The notes under the pieces were generated by a model. The model worked only from the letters and a program-made list of their open reading frames with translations, had not been told where the DNA came from and searched no databases. 64,000 nt of DNA, taken from contig NW_003314290.1 of NCBI RefSeq assembly GCF_000143415.4, forward strand, positions 1,395,897 through 1,459,896, given 5' to 3'. Positions 1 through 13,575 of this stretch are shown here, piece after piece; position 1 is the first letter of the stretch; each line of letters opens with the position of its first letter. The position numbers and the translations under genes were made by a program. Source of the DNA: Selaginella moellendorffii. Its lineage: Eukaryota > Plantae > Lycopodiophyta.

Positions 1-1582
1 TCTATTACCTCACATGGCCCACTTGGCCAATTCGTACCGAAGATGTGGTCTTCGTGATCAAGCCTTGGATGTTCCATTTGCATTTTACGGATGTTGGTGT
101 TGGATGTCGAAAGAATGGGCAAAAAGATGTTCGAGGCTTAAGCATACTATGGGTCATAAGAATTTGTGTTGAGGTGAACCTATGTGAAGTTGTTAGTAGG
201 AGGAAATTGGTTGAGTCTTGAAAGTTTGCATTTCTAGACTGAGAGTCATTCTTTCTCTAGAATGGAAAGATTTTCCACAAATTTTCTTAGACTTTTCCAA
301 TGGCTGATCTGTTATCACTTTATCCGAAAACCATTCCATTTTCGTAAGCCAGTACAAACTAGTGAAAGGGTTGGAGTTGACTTCAGTTGGCTTAGACCTT
401 AGTAGGTAGTTTGTATGATGCAGCCCGAGAGGGATGCTAACTTTTGGGGCTAAAGCAATTGAGTTGGATAGAGTCTGGAGTTAGTATAGAAAAGTGGCCG
501 TTGCACTTTTCTAGAAAGGTGACCTTTGTGCCTTTCTTTTGTAGCGTTATGCGTGGTGGCATGTTGCACTTTGCATTTCGTTAGACTCTATGAGAGTAGT
601 GAGCTCTCACTGATCTTGACTTGGTCTTGGTGGCCCTGCGCCTTAGCTGAGGATGGTGATGTTCAACTTAGTTGTTTGAGTTTGAGATGTTGGTACCCGT
701 ACTATAGCTTTGTTTATGAGGAGGTTGTGTACCAATATGGATCCATCTCATGGTCTTCACTTTAGTTTTGACTAAGTGTTGATTATGCATAGCTAGCCTC
801 TTCAAAGCATGCTTAGAGCTGTTGGCTAAACGTGTTTGTGAGCTTATCGCGATTGCGTTGGATTCGAGTGGTCATTTGGTTTGTGCTTGTCTATGAACTT
901 TATCTCAGTCTGGGATATTATGTTCATGTTGGTCAAGTATATGACTTGATGACAAGAGTTTAGCGTTTAGGTCTTGTGAAGGTGAGTTGAAAGGTGATTG
1001 TTGGTTGCTTTGCGACTAGTGATCGCTTATAGACTTTGTTAAGGACTGTTAACACTTGCTTCACTCGATGATGATTTAGCAGTGATGGGTTTGCTTTACC
1101 TGATGGTGTTGCGGAGGATCGTGTCATTAGTCTTACATGGGTTTTCCATGTTGGCATGTCGACTCTACCTCTGTCGATATCATTTGGTTGCGTTTAGTTC
1201 GTAGTGTTGGATTTCATTGAGTCTTGGGTGTGGTGATTCACTCCTTGATGAGGTGTTATCTGTAACTGAGTTTTGCTGATGATTTTGTCTCGGATATTGG
1301 GTAAAGTATCTTCGACTTTGGTTAGCTTGGTTGCAAGAGAGTTTTGAGTGGTGATTCACTCTTGCTTTCTTTTAGCTTTGTTCTGATGTTGATGGCATTG
1401 AGGTGATGCCTTGTCGTTGACATTGTTATTGTTGAGATTCAAGTGAAATAAGATGTCTATCCTAAAGATTGACATTGAGTTTCATTAGTCTTGATGAAAA
1501 TAGTGTTAATGATTTGGCTATGGCTTTGTGTTATTGGCATTCATGCATTTGCTAGATAGCAACTATGTTGACGTCAAACGAG

Positions 1583-2579
1583 NNNNNNNNNNNNNNNNNN
1601 NNNNNNNNNNNNNNNNNNNNNNNNNNNNNNNNNNNNNNNNNNNNNNNNNNNNNNNNNNNNNNNNNNNNNNNNNNNNNNNNNNNNNNNNNNNNNNNNNNNN
1701 NNNNNNNNNNNNNNNNNNNNNNNNNNNNNNNNNNNNNNNNNNNNNNNNNNNNNNNNNNNNNNNNNNNNNNNNNNNNNNNNNNNNNNNNNNNNNNNNNNNN
1801 NNNNNNNNNNNNNNNNNNNNNNNNNNNNNNNNNNNNNNNNNNNNNNNNNNNNNNNNNNNNNNNNNNNNNNNNNNNNNNNNNNNNNNNNNNNNNNNNNNNN
1901 NNNNNNNNNNNNNNNNNNNNNNNNNNNNNNNNNNNNNNNNNNNNNNNNNNNNNNNNNNNNNNNNNNNNNNNNNNNNNNNNNNNNNNNNNNNNNNNNNNNN
2001 NNNNNNNNNNNNNNNNNNNNNNNNNNNNNNNNNNNNNNNNNNNNNNNNNNNNNNNNNNNNNNNNNNNNNNNNNNNNNNNNNNNNNNNNNNNNNNNNNNNN
2101 NNNNNNNNNNNNNNNNNNNNNNNNNNNNNNNNNNNNNNNNNNNNNNNNNNNNNNNNNNNNNNNNNNNNNNNNNNNNNNNNNNNNNNNNNNNNNNNNNNNN
2201 NNNNNNNNNNNNNNNNNNNNNNNNNNNNNNNNNNNNNNNNNNNNNNNNNNNNNNNNNNNNNNNNNNNNNNNNNNNNNNNNNNNNNNNNNNNNNNNNNNNN
2301 NNNNNNNNNNNNNNNNNNNNNNNNNNNNNNNNNNNNNNNNNNNNNNNNNNNNNNNNNNNNNNNNNNNNNNNNNNNNNNNNNNNNNNNNNNNNNNNNNNNN
2401 NNNNNNNNNNNNNNNNNNNNNNNNNNNNNNNNNNNNNNNNNNNNNNNNNNNNNNNNNNNNNNNNNNNNNNNNNNNNNNNNNNNNNNNNNNNNNNNNNNNN
2501 NNNNNNNNNNNNNNNNNNNNNNNNNNNNNNNNNNNNNNNNNNNNNNNNNNNNNNNNNNNNNNNNNNNNNNNNNNNNNNN
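1583..2579. other. Assembly gap (run of N)
   Basis: 997 consecutive N. ORFs spanning it in the ORF track are artefacts. Confidence 0.99.
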
Positions 2580-4604
2580 AAAAAGAAGAGGTCTTCAGTT
2601 TTTTTGGAGAACGGCAGGTGCTACTCTCGCGCACAGCTCCGTTTTGTTGATTGTTGCTCGAGTTAGTTCTGATAGATTTGGGATGTTATTTCCTTTAGGT
2701 GATACATTCACGAGCATTTTGCTTGCTAGTCGATGATACTTTGTGTTCTTTAAGTTATCTTTGGTAAGTTGTTCGGCATACTATCTGCCATCTTCAGTAG
2801 TTAAGTTTCATCATTGAGTTTCCTTGATGATATACTTGCTATTGAATTTTGTTGCATGGCCAAACGTGATGATCTTGGTGGTTCCTATACTATACTATTA
2901 GTTTATCGGATGATAACTTACTTGGAATACTTTTGTGTTCTAATCTAAGATATACTCATTGATAATTAAATCTCTAAGATATCATTGTCTATGACTTTGA
3001 TATTGTCCATCTATTAATCTTTGATTTTGGGCCCCGAGAGATCAAATAGTTGATGCTCTCAATCCAAGTGTGGGTGGCACTACCTACTTGGATACCAGGC
3101 GTGGCTCAACAGAACCTTGCTCTAAGCCCATGGCTAGAGCACCCAAATGCGGAAGGCAGGGAGAGTACCTTTAAGGCCCGCGTAGGGTCACAGTGTTTTG
3201 AAATGTTGTCCCAAAGTCCCAATCTGTGGAAAGGAAGAGGAGTAACCCTCTTGTGTGGTGACCAAGGACACAGTCACACAGTGAGGAAATCCTAGAGGAC
3301 CATGAGACTTAGCAGTCAGGCCTGTGGGCCTTGATACAGTGGCAGTGTTGGCGAATATGACCATGGAAAGAAAGGGACTTGGTGTGGACTGGAAAGGAGG
3401 TATTGGGGAAGGCTATTCCCCATATCTGTGGGCATCCTAAGGATGGTAAGGAGTGGATCTGAGATGACCACTTATGGACAGATGGCCCAGTCTTGAAGAT
3501 ATAGGATTGCAATGCCGGTGGTGTTAGACCATTGATGTGACCAAGGTGAATGGGCATGGCTTAGCTTAATGGGCTGATATGTTGGTGGTACCTTAGGGTG
3601 TTCATCATGAGATCGGACACGTGGAGCACTTGGACCAAGTGCAAAGGTTAAGTGGCATGGATGCCTTTCTCAGGGCAAGCAGGCCCCAAGTCCTGAATTG
3701 GACTTATGGAGGGTGTGAATAAAACTCCTCCAAGTGGTTGAAGGTATAGTTAAGTGACTAAAGTAGAATGGAAAAATTAATTGCTTACAGCTCAATTCTT
3801 TTCTAGAAAACCTTGTTATTACTCCTTTTAAGTTATGGGATTCTTGATGAACATTGTGATTTGATATGTATAAGTGGTTCTTTGTTCAATGGAAAGGATT
3901 ACAAATTTGGCATAATATTCAATAAGCTAATCCTCCAAAACTTGTATATATACAACAATTAAAGTCACAAATCCATTAATACCTTTTTTTGATATTCCTA
4001 TTAGCCCATCAACAAAAGAAATTAACTACCTTGTATCCTTCTAAGAAGAGGCAATGATGTAAAGTCCATATATATGGCTATGAGCATATTGATATTTTAA
4101 TAGTTTTAATTTAGATTATTCTCTCTTATATAAAAGCTAGGGTTTTTAAGTTAATTGAATGTGCACATTTCTATATTCCATGTATTTATAATTTAAATTT
4201 ATAATTCTTTATTTATTTTTTAATTAAAATAAAATTGTAATTTAGAAAAATTAATTTCCTAGCCACTAGCACTAGCCCTAGGAACTCTAACTCCAGTGAG
4301 CTAGGGTCATCCTCTCAACTTGATTGAAGCACCATTACTAAATATTAAATAATATTTATTATTGTCTTAATAATACTTTAGAAAAAATTAACAACATGAA
4401 AAATCAAATATTGCTTTTTCAATAGTAAATTATTTTAATATTTTTAGCTATAAATGAATTTTTTTAAAGAAATCTTATTTAAATCTTACTCATATTAGCG
4501 CATTTTACAACACCTCGATGCCAGTCCGTCCAACTTGCGATGGCTACTTGTTTCTTTCAGATTTGTCCTGATCGGTTTCACAGTTAAAAGCGATTCTGCA
4601 GTGC

Positions 4605-7235
4605 TTAAAGATTACCTTTGCTCTTGGGAGCAAATTTGGACGGGCACACTGAAAATGCAAGCCGCCGCGCGGCAAATGCGAGAGTGAAACGCTCCTCTTC
4701 TGTGAGCAATCTCTCAATCACTTTAACCGTTATGAGGTCCTTGAAAAAGAAACATGTAAGAAAAACTTGAAAGAAGGAATGGACAAAGCACCTGTGGCAT
4801 TGGCGAATGGATCACACCCTCGGGTGTCGTTGACGCTCGACCACCAACAAACAAGACGTTGTTTACGTTTCCCCATCTGTCCATCTCAGTTGGGAGACTG
4901 TTGGAGTGCCTCCACTGTCCGCCAACGATGAACTTGTATTGATACCTGCGAAGTTTTGATGATCGATCATGGTTCTATATGAGATTCCGAGATCCATGAC
5001 ACATACTTCCCCTGTGGGACTCGAAGATCAACAATATACTTTGGCCCACTCGCGTGCGTAGCCTTTATAGGCTCGTTCCATCCGCCACCTTTAAAATCCC
5101 CCACGATCAAAACCTCTTCCCCCTGGGCTTCAAAAGATTACGTTTCACTCAATGGCTGAATGGTGGCTATACGTACCTCTTTGCAACCATGGTTCCACAC
5201 AAACTGAACAGCGTGAGTAGGAGGTCCATCGTGGTTTCGTTTCTCCACCATGGCGATCAAATCCCAGGTGGCCCATACCAATGCTGGCCTGTAGCAACGA
5301 GCAAAGAAAGCATGAGTTTTAACGCCATCAGGCTTGAGAGACTCACCTGTCTGGACCACAGAGATGAAGGTTCGTGACGAAATCGACGGCACTCTGAAGC
5401 GGAACGTCTTGTATCCAATGCAAATAGGCAATGACACAAGCGGGAGCTCTATCCATGCCGCTCGTGCATGTAACGTATACGTGATGTCCGGCTCTCAAAA
5501 GCCGGTACAGAATTCCCACTGCGAGTGGGAGCTTTCTTCTCAGGTCGACGGTGTCGACGTCTCTGAAACGAAGGAAAACGGATAACTTTGCTCCGACACA
5601 CTAGAAAGTAAAGTGCGTGCCTGATTGGACAATGTGCCAGGACCATTCCGTTTGCTTGAGCAGCTTCTGTAATAGAGCTCTTGTCAATGCCCCAGTTGAG
5701 TTGCTCGCTCTCGGATTGTAAGTTGAGAATTGCAGTGATACCCTGTGCAAGACAAAAGCAAGTTAACCAAGACCTGGAGATTGTCAAAGCTTGAAGCATA
5801 CCATTTGTTTGAGCTGTTGCATTTCTGCTCCATTTTGTAAACAAGATCCCACGACGATGTGCTCTGTCATCTGGAAACAAATAACGTTCGGAAAAAAATG
5901 AAAGACAATAAAGTAGAAACGCCATACCTTCGTGTAGCGAAGACCAAAACGATGGCTGTAAGTCAAGTCCTTTGAAGCTCTCAGCTGAGCGCTTGTAAAC
6001 TCCTGAAGTTGAAAGTTGCCGTGCGACCACTCCACTTGTCCGTCCAGGTCTTCGTCCGTGCTGTACCTAGCTATGACCTCAAACGACGCTTCCAAGTTGT
6101 GCCATATATCTAGCTCGGCTCTCTCGGACCGTTCATTCTCGTCGTCATCGTCATCTTCATCGTCGACACCCGTAAAGAAGATCGCGAGCTGCCTGATCCC
6201 TTTGGGAAGCAAGAACCTCCAAGCGTATGTAACGAATCCCACATTTCCACCACCATACTCGTCGGCACTCTCAGGTTGATTGGGAGAAGCGAAGCCGCTG
6301 TTATTCCAAGTTGCCGATCCCACTGCCCCGTAGTTGAATGTATTCTCTAGCTTGGATTCCAGTATGAGCGCCTGGATGTGTGATGGAAACAGCGATCTCT
6401 CTAGGACCAGTGTCACTTCTCCACTCCGGGTTTTCATCGTGTTCCTGGAAGTTACACGTTTAGAGTATAGCAGAACATTGTCAAGAGATCAATCAACTAT
6501 CATATCCAGAAGAACATCCAGATAGAAGTCCATTGTCAAGAGATCAATCAACTATCACATCTAGAAGAACATCCAGATGGAGTATAGCTGTCAAGAGATC
6601 AATCAACTATCACGTAGTTAGAAGAAGAAGAAATAGAAATCCAGAAGCTCATGAAGAAACTAAAGGAGAAGAAGGTGGTGGAAGAAAGACGTACAATACC
6701 CGGCCAAAATCATCCACATTCCACACAGCATCGCCAAACAAGACCTTCTTGAGCACGTCGCCTACCATGATCAGCCGGGAATTCTCCGCATTGCCCTGGA
6801 ATCACGAGAAAAAACCATGTAAATTTTCCTTTCTCTTCTTCAAGCCAAGAAGAAAAAAGAGGAAGAGGAAAGAACTACCTATGGAGAGCTAACCTGCTTG
6901 GCGAGAGCATCCACGAACACCTTGCCACTGAGCGTCTGCGCGAATCGAATGCCCAGCGGCTTGTGGATTGTCACCAGATACTCGTTGAGATTCATCTTGA
7001 ATGCGTTGCGCGCACCGACGAGCGGCGAATCCTCCCGCTGCTGCGCCCTGGCGGATAATCCCCGCCGCCGCCGCCACCGCCACCGCCGCCGCTCCGCCAC
7101 AATCGAGCGATGATCGCCCCTGGCGCCGGCGAGACGGACCTTGCGCGGCAAGAAATCGCCCCAGCCGGCAGCACCGATCATGGATCGATGATCCAGTGCT
7201 GCGCACGCCATCGCCGTAGCTCCAGCTTCCATCAT
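4605..7235 (-). CDS. LSF1: Phosphoglucan phosphatase-like LSF1 (PDZ-like + DSP + CBM48), multi-exon, plastid transit peptide-like N-terminus
   Basis: Exons give KMNLNEYLVTIHKPLGIRFA (PDZ-like), GITAILNLQ, DLRRKLPLAVGILYRLL..VYVTCTSGMDRAPACVIAYLHW (LSF1-type TCx5R lacking the His), RPALVWATWDLIAMV..PPTHAVQFVWN (CBM48) and the C-terminus KVIERLLTEEERF..AFSVCP. All are colinear with Arabidopsis LSF1 as recalled. Confidence 0.93.
6480..6612. repeat. Intronic tandem repeat, about 55-bp period, 3 copies
   Basis: gtcaagagatcaatcaactatca at 6480, 6535 and 6590, inside an LSF1 intron. Confidence 0.85.
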
Positions 7236-7254
7236 GGAATATTTTGTGTGCGTG

Positions 7255-7280
<26 letters not shown>
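7255..7280. repeat. (GA)n microsatellite in the ~100-nt divergent promoter between LSF1 and the ORG4-like gene
   Basis: About 13 GA units between two head-to-head ATGs (7235 and 7338). Confidence 0.85.
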
Positions 7281-7285
<5 letters not shown>

Positions 7286-7337
7286 TGGGGCATATATTAA
7301 GCTAGGCTAGGGCGAGGAAGAAGTAGAGCTCTTGGCG

Positions 7338-8335
7338 ATGGCGTCCGCGAGGCCGCATTACGGCGCTGGAGCGCTCCAGCGGTCGGGAATGCTATCCAAG
7401 GAGCAGCTGTTTCGCCTCTTCCTCGAATTCGCGCATCTCGTCGACAAGCCCGGTTTGTGTGATTTCTTTCTGGGAAGAATGTAGCTGCTAGATCGCTCTT
7501 GATTTCTCGAATTCGTTGCATTCATAGAACTCCGAGTGATTCACCATCTCTAGCTTCAAATCTCTCGAATTTCTTTCCTATCACTTCTTTGGATCTCTTA
7601 CAATTCTTTGCACTATTGCAGAAGTAAAAAAGCGAATCTCGGACGCAGTACAAGCAAGACAGGCAAGTTCTTCCTCCTTTTTCCCTGGACTTAACACAGA
7701 CTTTAGGAAGCAGTGGGGGTGACGACTGAGATCCAGGAAGAAATCTTTCTGCGAATGGGTGTTGGTAAGCAAAACATCTCTCACAAGAGCAGCAGTGCTT
7801 TAATTTCTTCTTTGCAGAGCCAAAGTTTGGGATTGCATCGCTGGGGAAAGTGAACACAGTTTACAAGGACGACCGAGAACTCATGCTCAAGTTCTACGAG
7901 TTCGTTGCCAGGTATGAAATGCCAGTCGCAAGTTTCTGATCCACCAGCCGCTCGCATCGCAGAGAAGAGATGGCGTGTGACGAGGCGGAGCTCGGAAGAG
8001 ATGCATTTCAGCAAAAGATGCAGCAGTTCACAAAATCTCAAGAACAGGTTAAGCTTGGTCTTGTTAAAAGGATTGCAACTCAAACACTCTCTTTGTATCG
8101 CTCTAGCAACTCAAGTTATTACAGCAGCTTCGAAATCTTTCTCTAGACAGGCAGCAAGCCTTCTTCCAAGACGTAAGTCCATTCCTTTTATAAATACCGG
8201 TCTAATCTTTTCTTGTTTATTTTGTTGTTGTAGCTACAAGCTCGAATGCAGTATCTTCACAAGCAAGGAGCTCCCAGCATGAGCACGAGAGACATCCAAG
8301 ATTTTCACCAGCAGTTCCTCATGCGCAGTAACTAA
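7338..8335 (+). CDS. Conserved plant protein, OBP3-responsive gene 4 (ORG4)-like, multi-exon
   Basis: Spliced product MASARPH..LSKEQLFRLFLEFAHLVDKPEVKKRISDAVQARQEAVGVTTEIQEEIFLRMGVEPKFGIASLGK..YEFVAREEMACDEAELG resembles Arabidopsis At2g06010 as recalled. Confidence 0.8.
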
Positions 8336-8460
8336 ACACTGAGGTAAGATCTTTGGTCGCTTCGTTCGATCTGATCAGCATTCCTGTCAATCCTAGCAGC
8401 GTGATTACCGTGATTCTTCTGTGTAGGGCTTCACTCTCGATTTTATTCACAAAAACGTTG

Positions 8461-9296
8461 TCAGTTTGACGTTGCTTTTCTTTTCCTCTTCTTGGTCTTG
8501 TGTTCCTTGCTCTTGCTCTTTTTCCGCTTGCGATCCTTGCTATCCTTCTTTGAAGATCCACCATCGTCTTCGGACTCAGTCGCCTTCGCCTTGGCCTTTG
8601 TCCATGCGTCCGCCACCTTGTCCGGCAACCGAGGCCCGATGAGCCGATCTTCCCAATCTTCCTTTGTTCTCGACACCTCGGACGCATTCGTCGACGTCGT
8701 GGCCATCGTCTCTGCTGGATACGGGCCAGTGTCATCCATTCGTGATCCAACCGAGCCCCTCCCTCGTTTGATCCTCGTGTTTAGAAACTCCTCCACTTCG
8801 TCGTCCCGGAGATCGTTGGAGCACGCTGCCTGTGGATCGATCGAGTTCTCCACCGCTCCTTCCTCTTCTTCGTTCATCTGTCTAGCTCTCGAAGACGATC
8901 GGGGAGACTGATGCCGCCGCCTCCTGTCCAGATTGAGCTCCGCAGTTCTTCGTCTCCACATCTCGTTGATCTCTACAATTCGATTTGCTGCGAAGGAGAA
9001 TGATAGAATAAGCGTTACGGTTTGTAGAAGAAAAAAGAATGAAAAAATCAAAGGTCAAAGGAAAAAATTTGGACAATCCAAGCAAGGCTAGAGGGATCAG
9101 TATCAACACAGAGGAGACATCACTTACATTGCTCAACGCTACGCATTGTCGCCTGGAGGAACTGTGGATTAGGCCTCACGCGGACGGTGGGCTTGGCAAG
9201 GTAGACATGGACGCCTTCCTTGTCCGCCCGCCGCCGCAGCAGCGCCGCCTCCTCCATGATCATCTTCGCGAGCCGCCTCTCCGTCTCCTCATCCAT
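8461..9296 (-). CDS. Conserved plant protein of unknown function with Lys/Arg-rich C-terminus (probably nuclear), 2 exons
   Basis: MDEETERRLAKMIMEEAALLRRRADKEGVHVYLAKP..RPNPQFL | NRIVEINEMW..EVEEFLNTRIKRGRGSVGSRMDDTGPY..KKRKRKATSN, with a canonical GT-AG intron. Confidence 0.8.
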
Positions 9297-9390
9297 CCCT
9301 CTCTCTCTCTCCGCTCCGCGTCCTCAAAACCCTAGCTCCAAAGAGCCCTAAAAACCATTTGACTCACACAGTACCATATACTCGTGAGTC

Positions 9391-12300
9391 ATGCCTTTGG
9401 TTTGGGTGCCCGTTGGCGGCAAATCGGCGATTGCAGCTCGAAATCGCCCCCCAGCTGCCATCGCTGCTGCCGCCGCTGTGCCTGGATCGCCGCGGGATAG
9501 GAAATGGAAGTTTTTGGAGGATTTGAGCGCGCCAGTGCCGAGTTTCTTGGAGAATCTCAAGCTCGTCTGTGCCGCTGGTACGATTTCAATGCATTCATCG
9601 TGGTATACGATCAAGCACAAAAAAAATTTCCTCCGCGCTATTCGGTTTTCCCGAAGTTCTTCATCGTTCTCTTGCGATAAGCAAACCAGTTTTCTCAATT
9701 TTTTGTGCCCTGCATCTTTTTTTCCTGTTTCCCAGGAAAAAAATCTTCATAAGAAAATCTTCTCTTTTTTTTCTCGTTCTCTCTGACTTTTTTTCTTGCT
9801 AGTTCTTCATCGTTTCTCTTGATCGACTAAAAAGGTGATAAATGTTTTTCGCTTTTTGTGCCTGTTTCTTTGCCTGTCTTTTGCTTTCCCAGGGAATAAA
9901 TCTTTTTTTTTTTCTTGCTACTTCTCATACTTTTTCCTCGTTTGATGTCCCAGGAACAGGAAAGAAGTTTCACGTAATCCGCCGCGAGCTGACCAAGGCA
10001 CTGGAGAACTCCCCAGCGCCGGGGCCATGCACATTCATCGCGCGCTGCATCGACGCGCTACTCCGCCTCGAGGATCCATCCGACCAGACCCTCGGTCACC
10101 TCATCACTCGCTCGCTCGACGAGCTGGATGAATCCTTCAAGTCGGACTCGCAAGACATCTCCTGCTCCAAAAGAGTAGCCGCCAAGCTCGTCAAGTCGGC
10201 CATGTCCGGCGATCTCACGCTTGACGAGCGATTGCTCGTGAGGCTGGTGACCACTTTCGGAGTGGAGTTATCTGATCTTGCCGAGTCCGATCAAGACGAA
10301 GAACACGACTGCTCTTGCATGGACGAGAAAAAAGAAAGTTCCATCAGCGAAGCGAGAAAGCTGGGCGAGAACCTTGTGCTTAAGCTGGTGAAGGGGCGAT
10401 CTTACAACAGCGCGGTGGCTCTCCTCAAGAGCTTTGGGCTGGAGGAATGCACGGGGCGAGAGTTTCTCGTCACCATGGTACGTGATAACCAGGTGGACTT
10501 GGCGGGGCAATGGGCCTGGCACTTGGGGCCCGAGAGCTGCCGCTTCCTCGTCCAGCATTGCACAGACAGGAAGCTCTTCAAGATGGCGTACAGGCTTGTC
10601 GACCGCTATGGCATGCATGACGAGTTTCCAGAGGCGTATCACCTTTACAAACGCAGGTATTGGAAAGTTTTTGCTCGTTTTTCTCGTTTTGAGAGTCGGA
10701 CTTTGCAGCTCGCTCAGGAAACTTGTCTCCAAAGGCCTGTGGGTTTTTGCGGAGAGCATTGCTAGTTCGGACCGTGTTCTACAGGAATACCTGGTAAGTA
10801 ATGTGTTTTTTGTTCTCTTTTTGCTGAAACATATGCGTGCTGCACAGATTTCTTTGGCACTGGGAAGGAAACAACACAATCGAGCTGCGCAACTTTGCGA
10901 GCTGTTCCACCTCGACGATCTCGACTTATCTTCAAGTTAAGCATGCCTGTTTTCTTATTGTTTTCTCGATCTTGTTTTCAATCTTGTTCTGGTATTTACA
11001 ACGAAAGTTACGTGCAGTCACAATTGAAATACTAGAAGAAGATCCGGTTGGCGACTACATTCAGCTCGAGAGCATCGTCGACTTGGACAGAGTCGTATGG
11101 GTTGATGATGCCGAAGGCACGAAGCTCGTCACCAAGCATCTAATCGAAGCTGAGGCGATTGGAATCGACTGCGAGTGGAAACCAGTGAGCACCAAAGGCG
11201 AGCAAGCTAAGGTTTGATCTTAGTTTATCTTTCTCAAGCTTCTTTCACTGTTTTCTTTTCAGGTATCCATCTTACAAATGGCCAGCAAGGAAGACGCCTT
11301 CGTGCTCGATTTACTCGGACTGTCCGTCACAGCACCCCAAGCTTTAAATCTTTGCATCAGCACCCTTTTCCAATCAGAGGAAATCATAAAGCTCGGTACG
11401 TCTCCATCGCTTTTTCTAAGTGTTTCTCTTTCTCTCGCTTCACTCACAGGCTATGCCGTACACAATGACTTGGAGATGCTAGCAGAGTCGTTTCCGGAAG
11501 TGGACGGTTTCAGGTCTTGTAAAACGATAATTGACCTGCAAGTTTTTCCTGACAAGCTTTCGGCGGGAGGACTCTCTGGACTAACGAAGGTAATAAATTG
11601 CAAGAATCGATTTTTTTCCCTTTCCATTCACTCAGCATCAGCTTTATGTGTATGAAGTTGACGATGGGAGGCCATCTTGACAAAGACGTGCGTATGACTG
11701 ATTGGAACCGGCGTCCACTCTGCAAAGAACAGGCAAGTATTTTTCCATTTTTCTTATAAACTTCGATCGAAAAGCTAAGCCTGATCGTGGTTCCAGTTGC
11801 ATTACGCAGCATTGGATGCAGCGATTCTACCCTTGATCCACGAGAGCTTGTGTTCGTCGCACTGCCTAAAGGATCAAGGACGCAGCCGAGCCAAATCATG
11901 GAAATATGTAAGTTAATCTTTGCTTGTTGCTCATGCTCCATTGGTCACCTTTCGCTACCAGAGATTCAAAGCTACAGTCGATTCCTCGAGAGCAGCAGTG
12001 GTCAGTAGTACTGTTTTGTTCTTTCCTGTTTGTTTTCTCCAACCTTTTGCTCGTGATTTTGTCTCTACAGGATCAAGTGAAGAACGAGCTCCAAGAGCTA
12101 GCTCTCGCGGCTGGATTGCCGCGGCCGATTTACAACACTGTTTTCTCAGGGCCGGATCACTCCAGGAAGTTCTCCTCCACCGTCACTGTTGCTGGCCGGA
12201 TCATCCAAGGAGGCCCCGCGAGCAAAAAAAAAGACTCGGAAGTCTCGGCAGCGAAAGTGGCGATCGCGTTAATTCACGAAGGTATGATCTTCTTCTCTTC

Positions 12301-12405
12301 TTCTTCTTTCGCGATTGTCTATAACTTGGTTTGACCACAGGAATTCTTACCACTGATGAAAGTGTAGTAACTAGTCAAATAGAAAATTCCAACGGCTGCG
12401 ATTGA
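9391..12405 (+). CDS. DEDDy 3'-5' exoribonuclease (EXD3/mut-7/Nibbler-like; plant Atrimmer-type) with C-terminal dsRNA-binding domain
   Basis: Helical N-terminus (PAPGPCTFI), ExoI IGIDCEWKP, ExoII GYAVHNDL and ExoIII DWNRRPL..LHYAALDA. In-frame splices lead to KNELQELALAAGLPRPIY..GPDHSRKFSSTVTV..SKKKDSEVSAAKVA (dsRBM). Stop at 12403-12405. Confidence 0.85.
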
Positions 12406-12481
12406 GACTGGGAAAGTTAAAAGGTAGAGATACCACTACTATTGGCTTTACTCTTTTTTTTCCCTCCTATAGCAGTGCGCG

Positions 12482-13575
12482 ATGGTTTCTTCTTCTTCTC
12501 CCTCCCAATCTCCCACTCGCGATCGCGAGGCTTGCTCCCGGAATGACGATTTCGATCCAAATCGCTACGTCGAGAGCTCCGGCCTGAGAATTGCGCTCGC
12601 GTCGGGGCTCAAGATCGTGGCGTGCTTCGTCGTCATGGCGATCACCACGGCTATCTGGACTGGCGTGATGCTGCTGCTCCTCCCCTGGCCCTACGAGAGG
12701 ATCAAGCAGGGAAATCTCTATGGCCACATCACTGGGAGGATCCTGGTAGGCAGGGAGCACGAATATTTCATCGTGATTTTGTGTGGATTTCGTCTTCTCC
12801 CAGCTCTGGATTCTTGGAAACCCTATCAAGATCACTGGCGCCGAGCACGCCAATGCCAAGGCGATCTACATTTGCAATCACGCGTCGCCGCTGGACATCT
12901 TCCTCGTGATGTGGCTCACGCCGCTGGGGACCGTCGGGATCGCCAAGAAAGAGGTGAGAATCGCGATTTCCTGATCGATCAATCGATTATCGCTCTCTTT
13001 GTGGTAGATTATCTGGTACCCGCTCTTCGGCCAGCTCTACGTGCTCGCCAATCACCTGCGAATCGACCGCTCCAATCCCAATGCCGCGATTCGCTCCATC
13101 AACGAGGTGAGGATCAATCGATTTGGCGATGATTCAGTCACGATTCGTCGCAATCTCTTCTCCCAGGTCGCCAAATCCGTGACGAAGAAAGACCTATCGC
13201 TCATAATCTTCCCCGAGGGGACGCGATCGGCCAGTGGCCGACTCCTTCCATTCAAGAAAGTAAGCTTTACACGGAAGAACACACACAGTACCGTACGGTG
13301 TGGCTTACTCTCGTTCTCTTTTATCTTCTCTTCCACAGGGAGTTGTTCACATTGCCTTGCAAACAAAGCGTCCCATTGTTCCAATCGTGATCACGGGCAC
13401 CCACCGCGCCTGGCACAAGGATAGCCTCAAGATCCGCCCAGCTCCACTGACAGTGAAGTTCCTTCCTCCAATCGAGACGCAGGAATGGCTTCCAGAGAAG
13501 GCCGATTCATACCTGGAGATGCTGCGCTGCCTCTACGTCGATAACTTGCCCGAGTGCCAAAGGCCACTGAACTGA
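12482..13575 (+). CDS. 1-acyl-sn-glycerol-3-phosphate acyltransferase (PlsC-like, class-B LPAAT)
   Basis: Motifs NHASPLD, IAKKE, HLRIDRSN, IFPEGTRS and PIVPIV, plus an N-terminal TM segment. 5 exons. Confidence 0.92.

Noticed and set aside
1528-2736. Three long ORFs in the ORF track
   Set aside because: They only span the N gap.
1-3780. G/T-skewed sequence flanking the gap, probably transposon debris, with a faint knuckle-like GHIRQHC at about 3350
   Set aside because: No recognisable domain, termini or TSD, so it cannot be classified.
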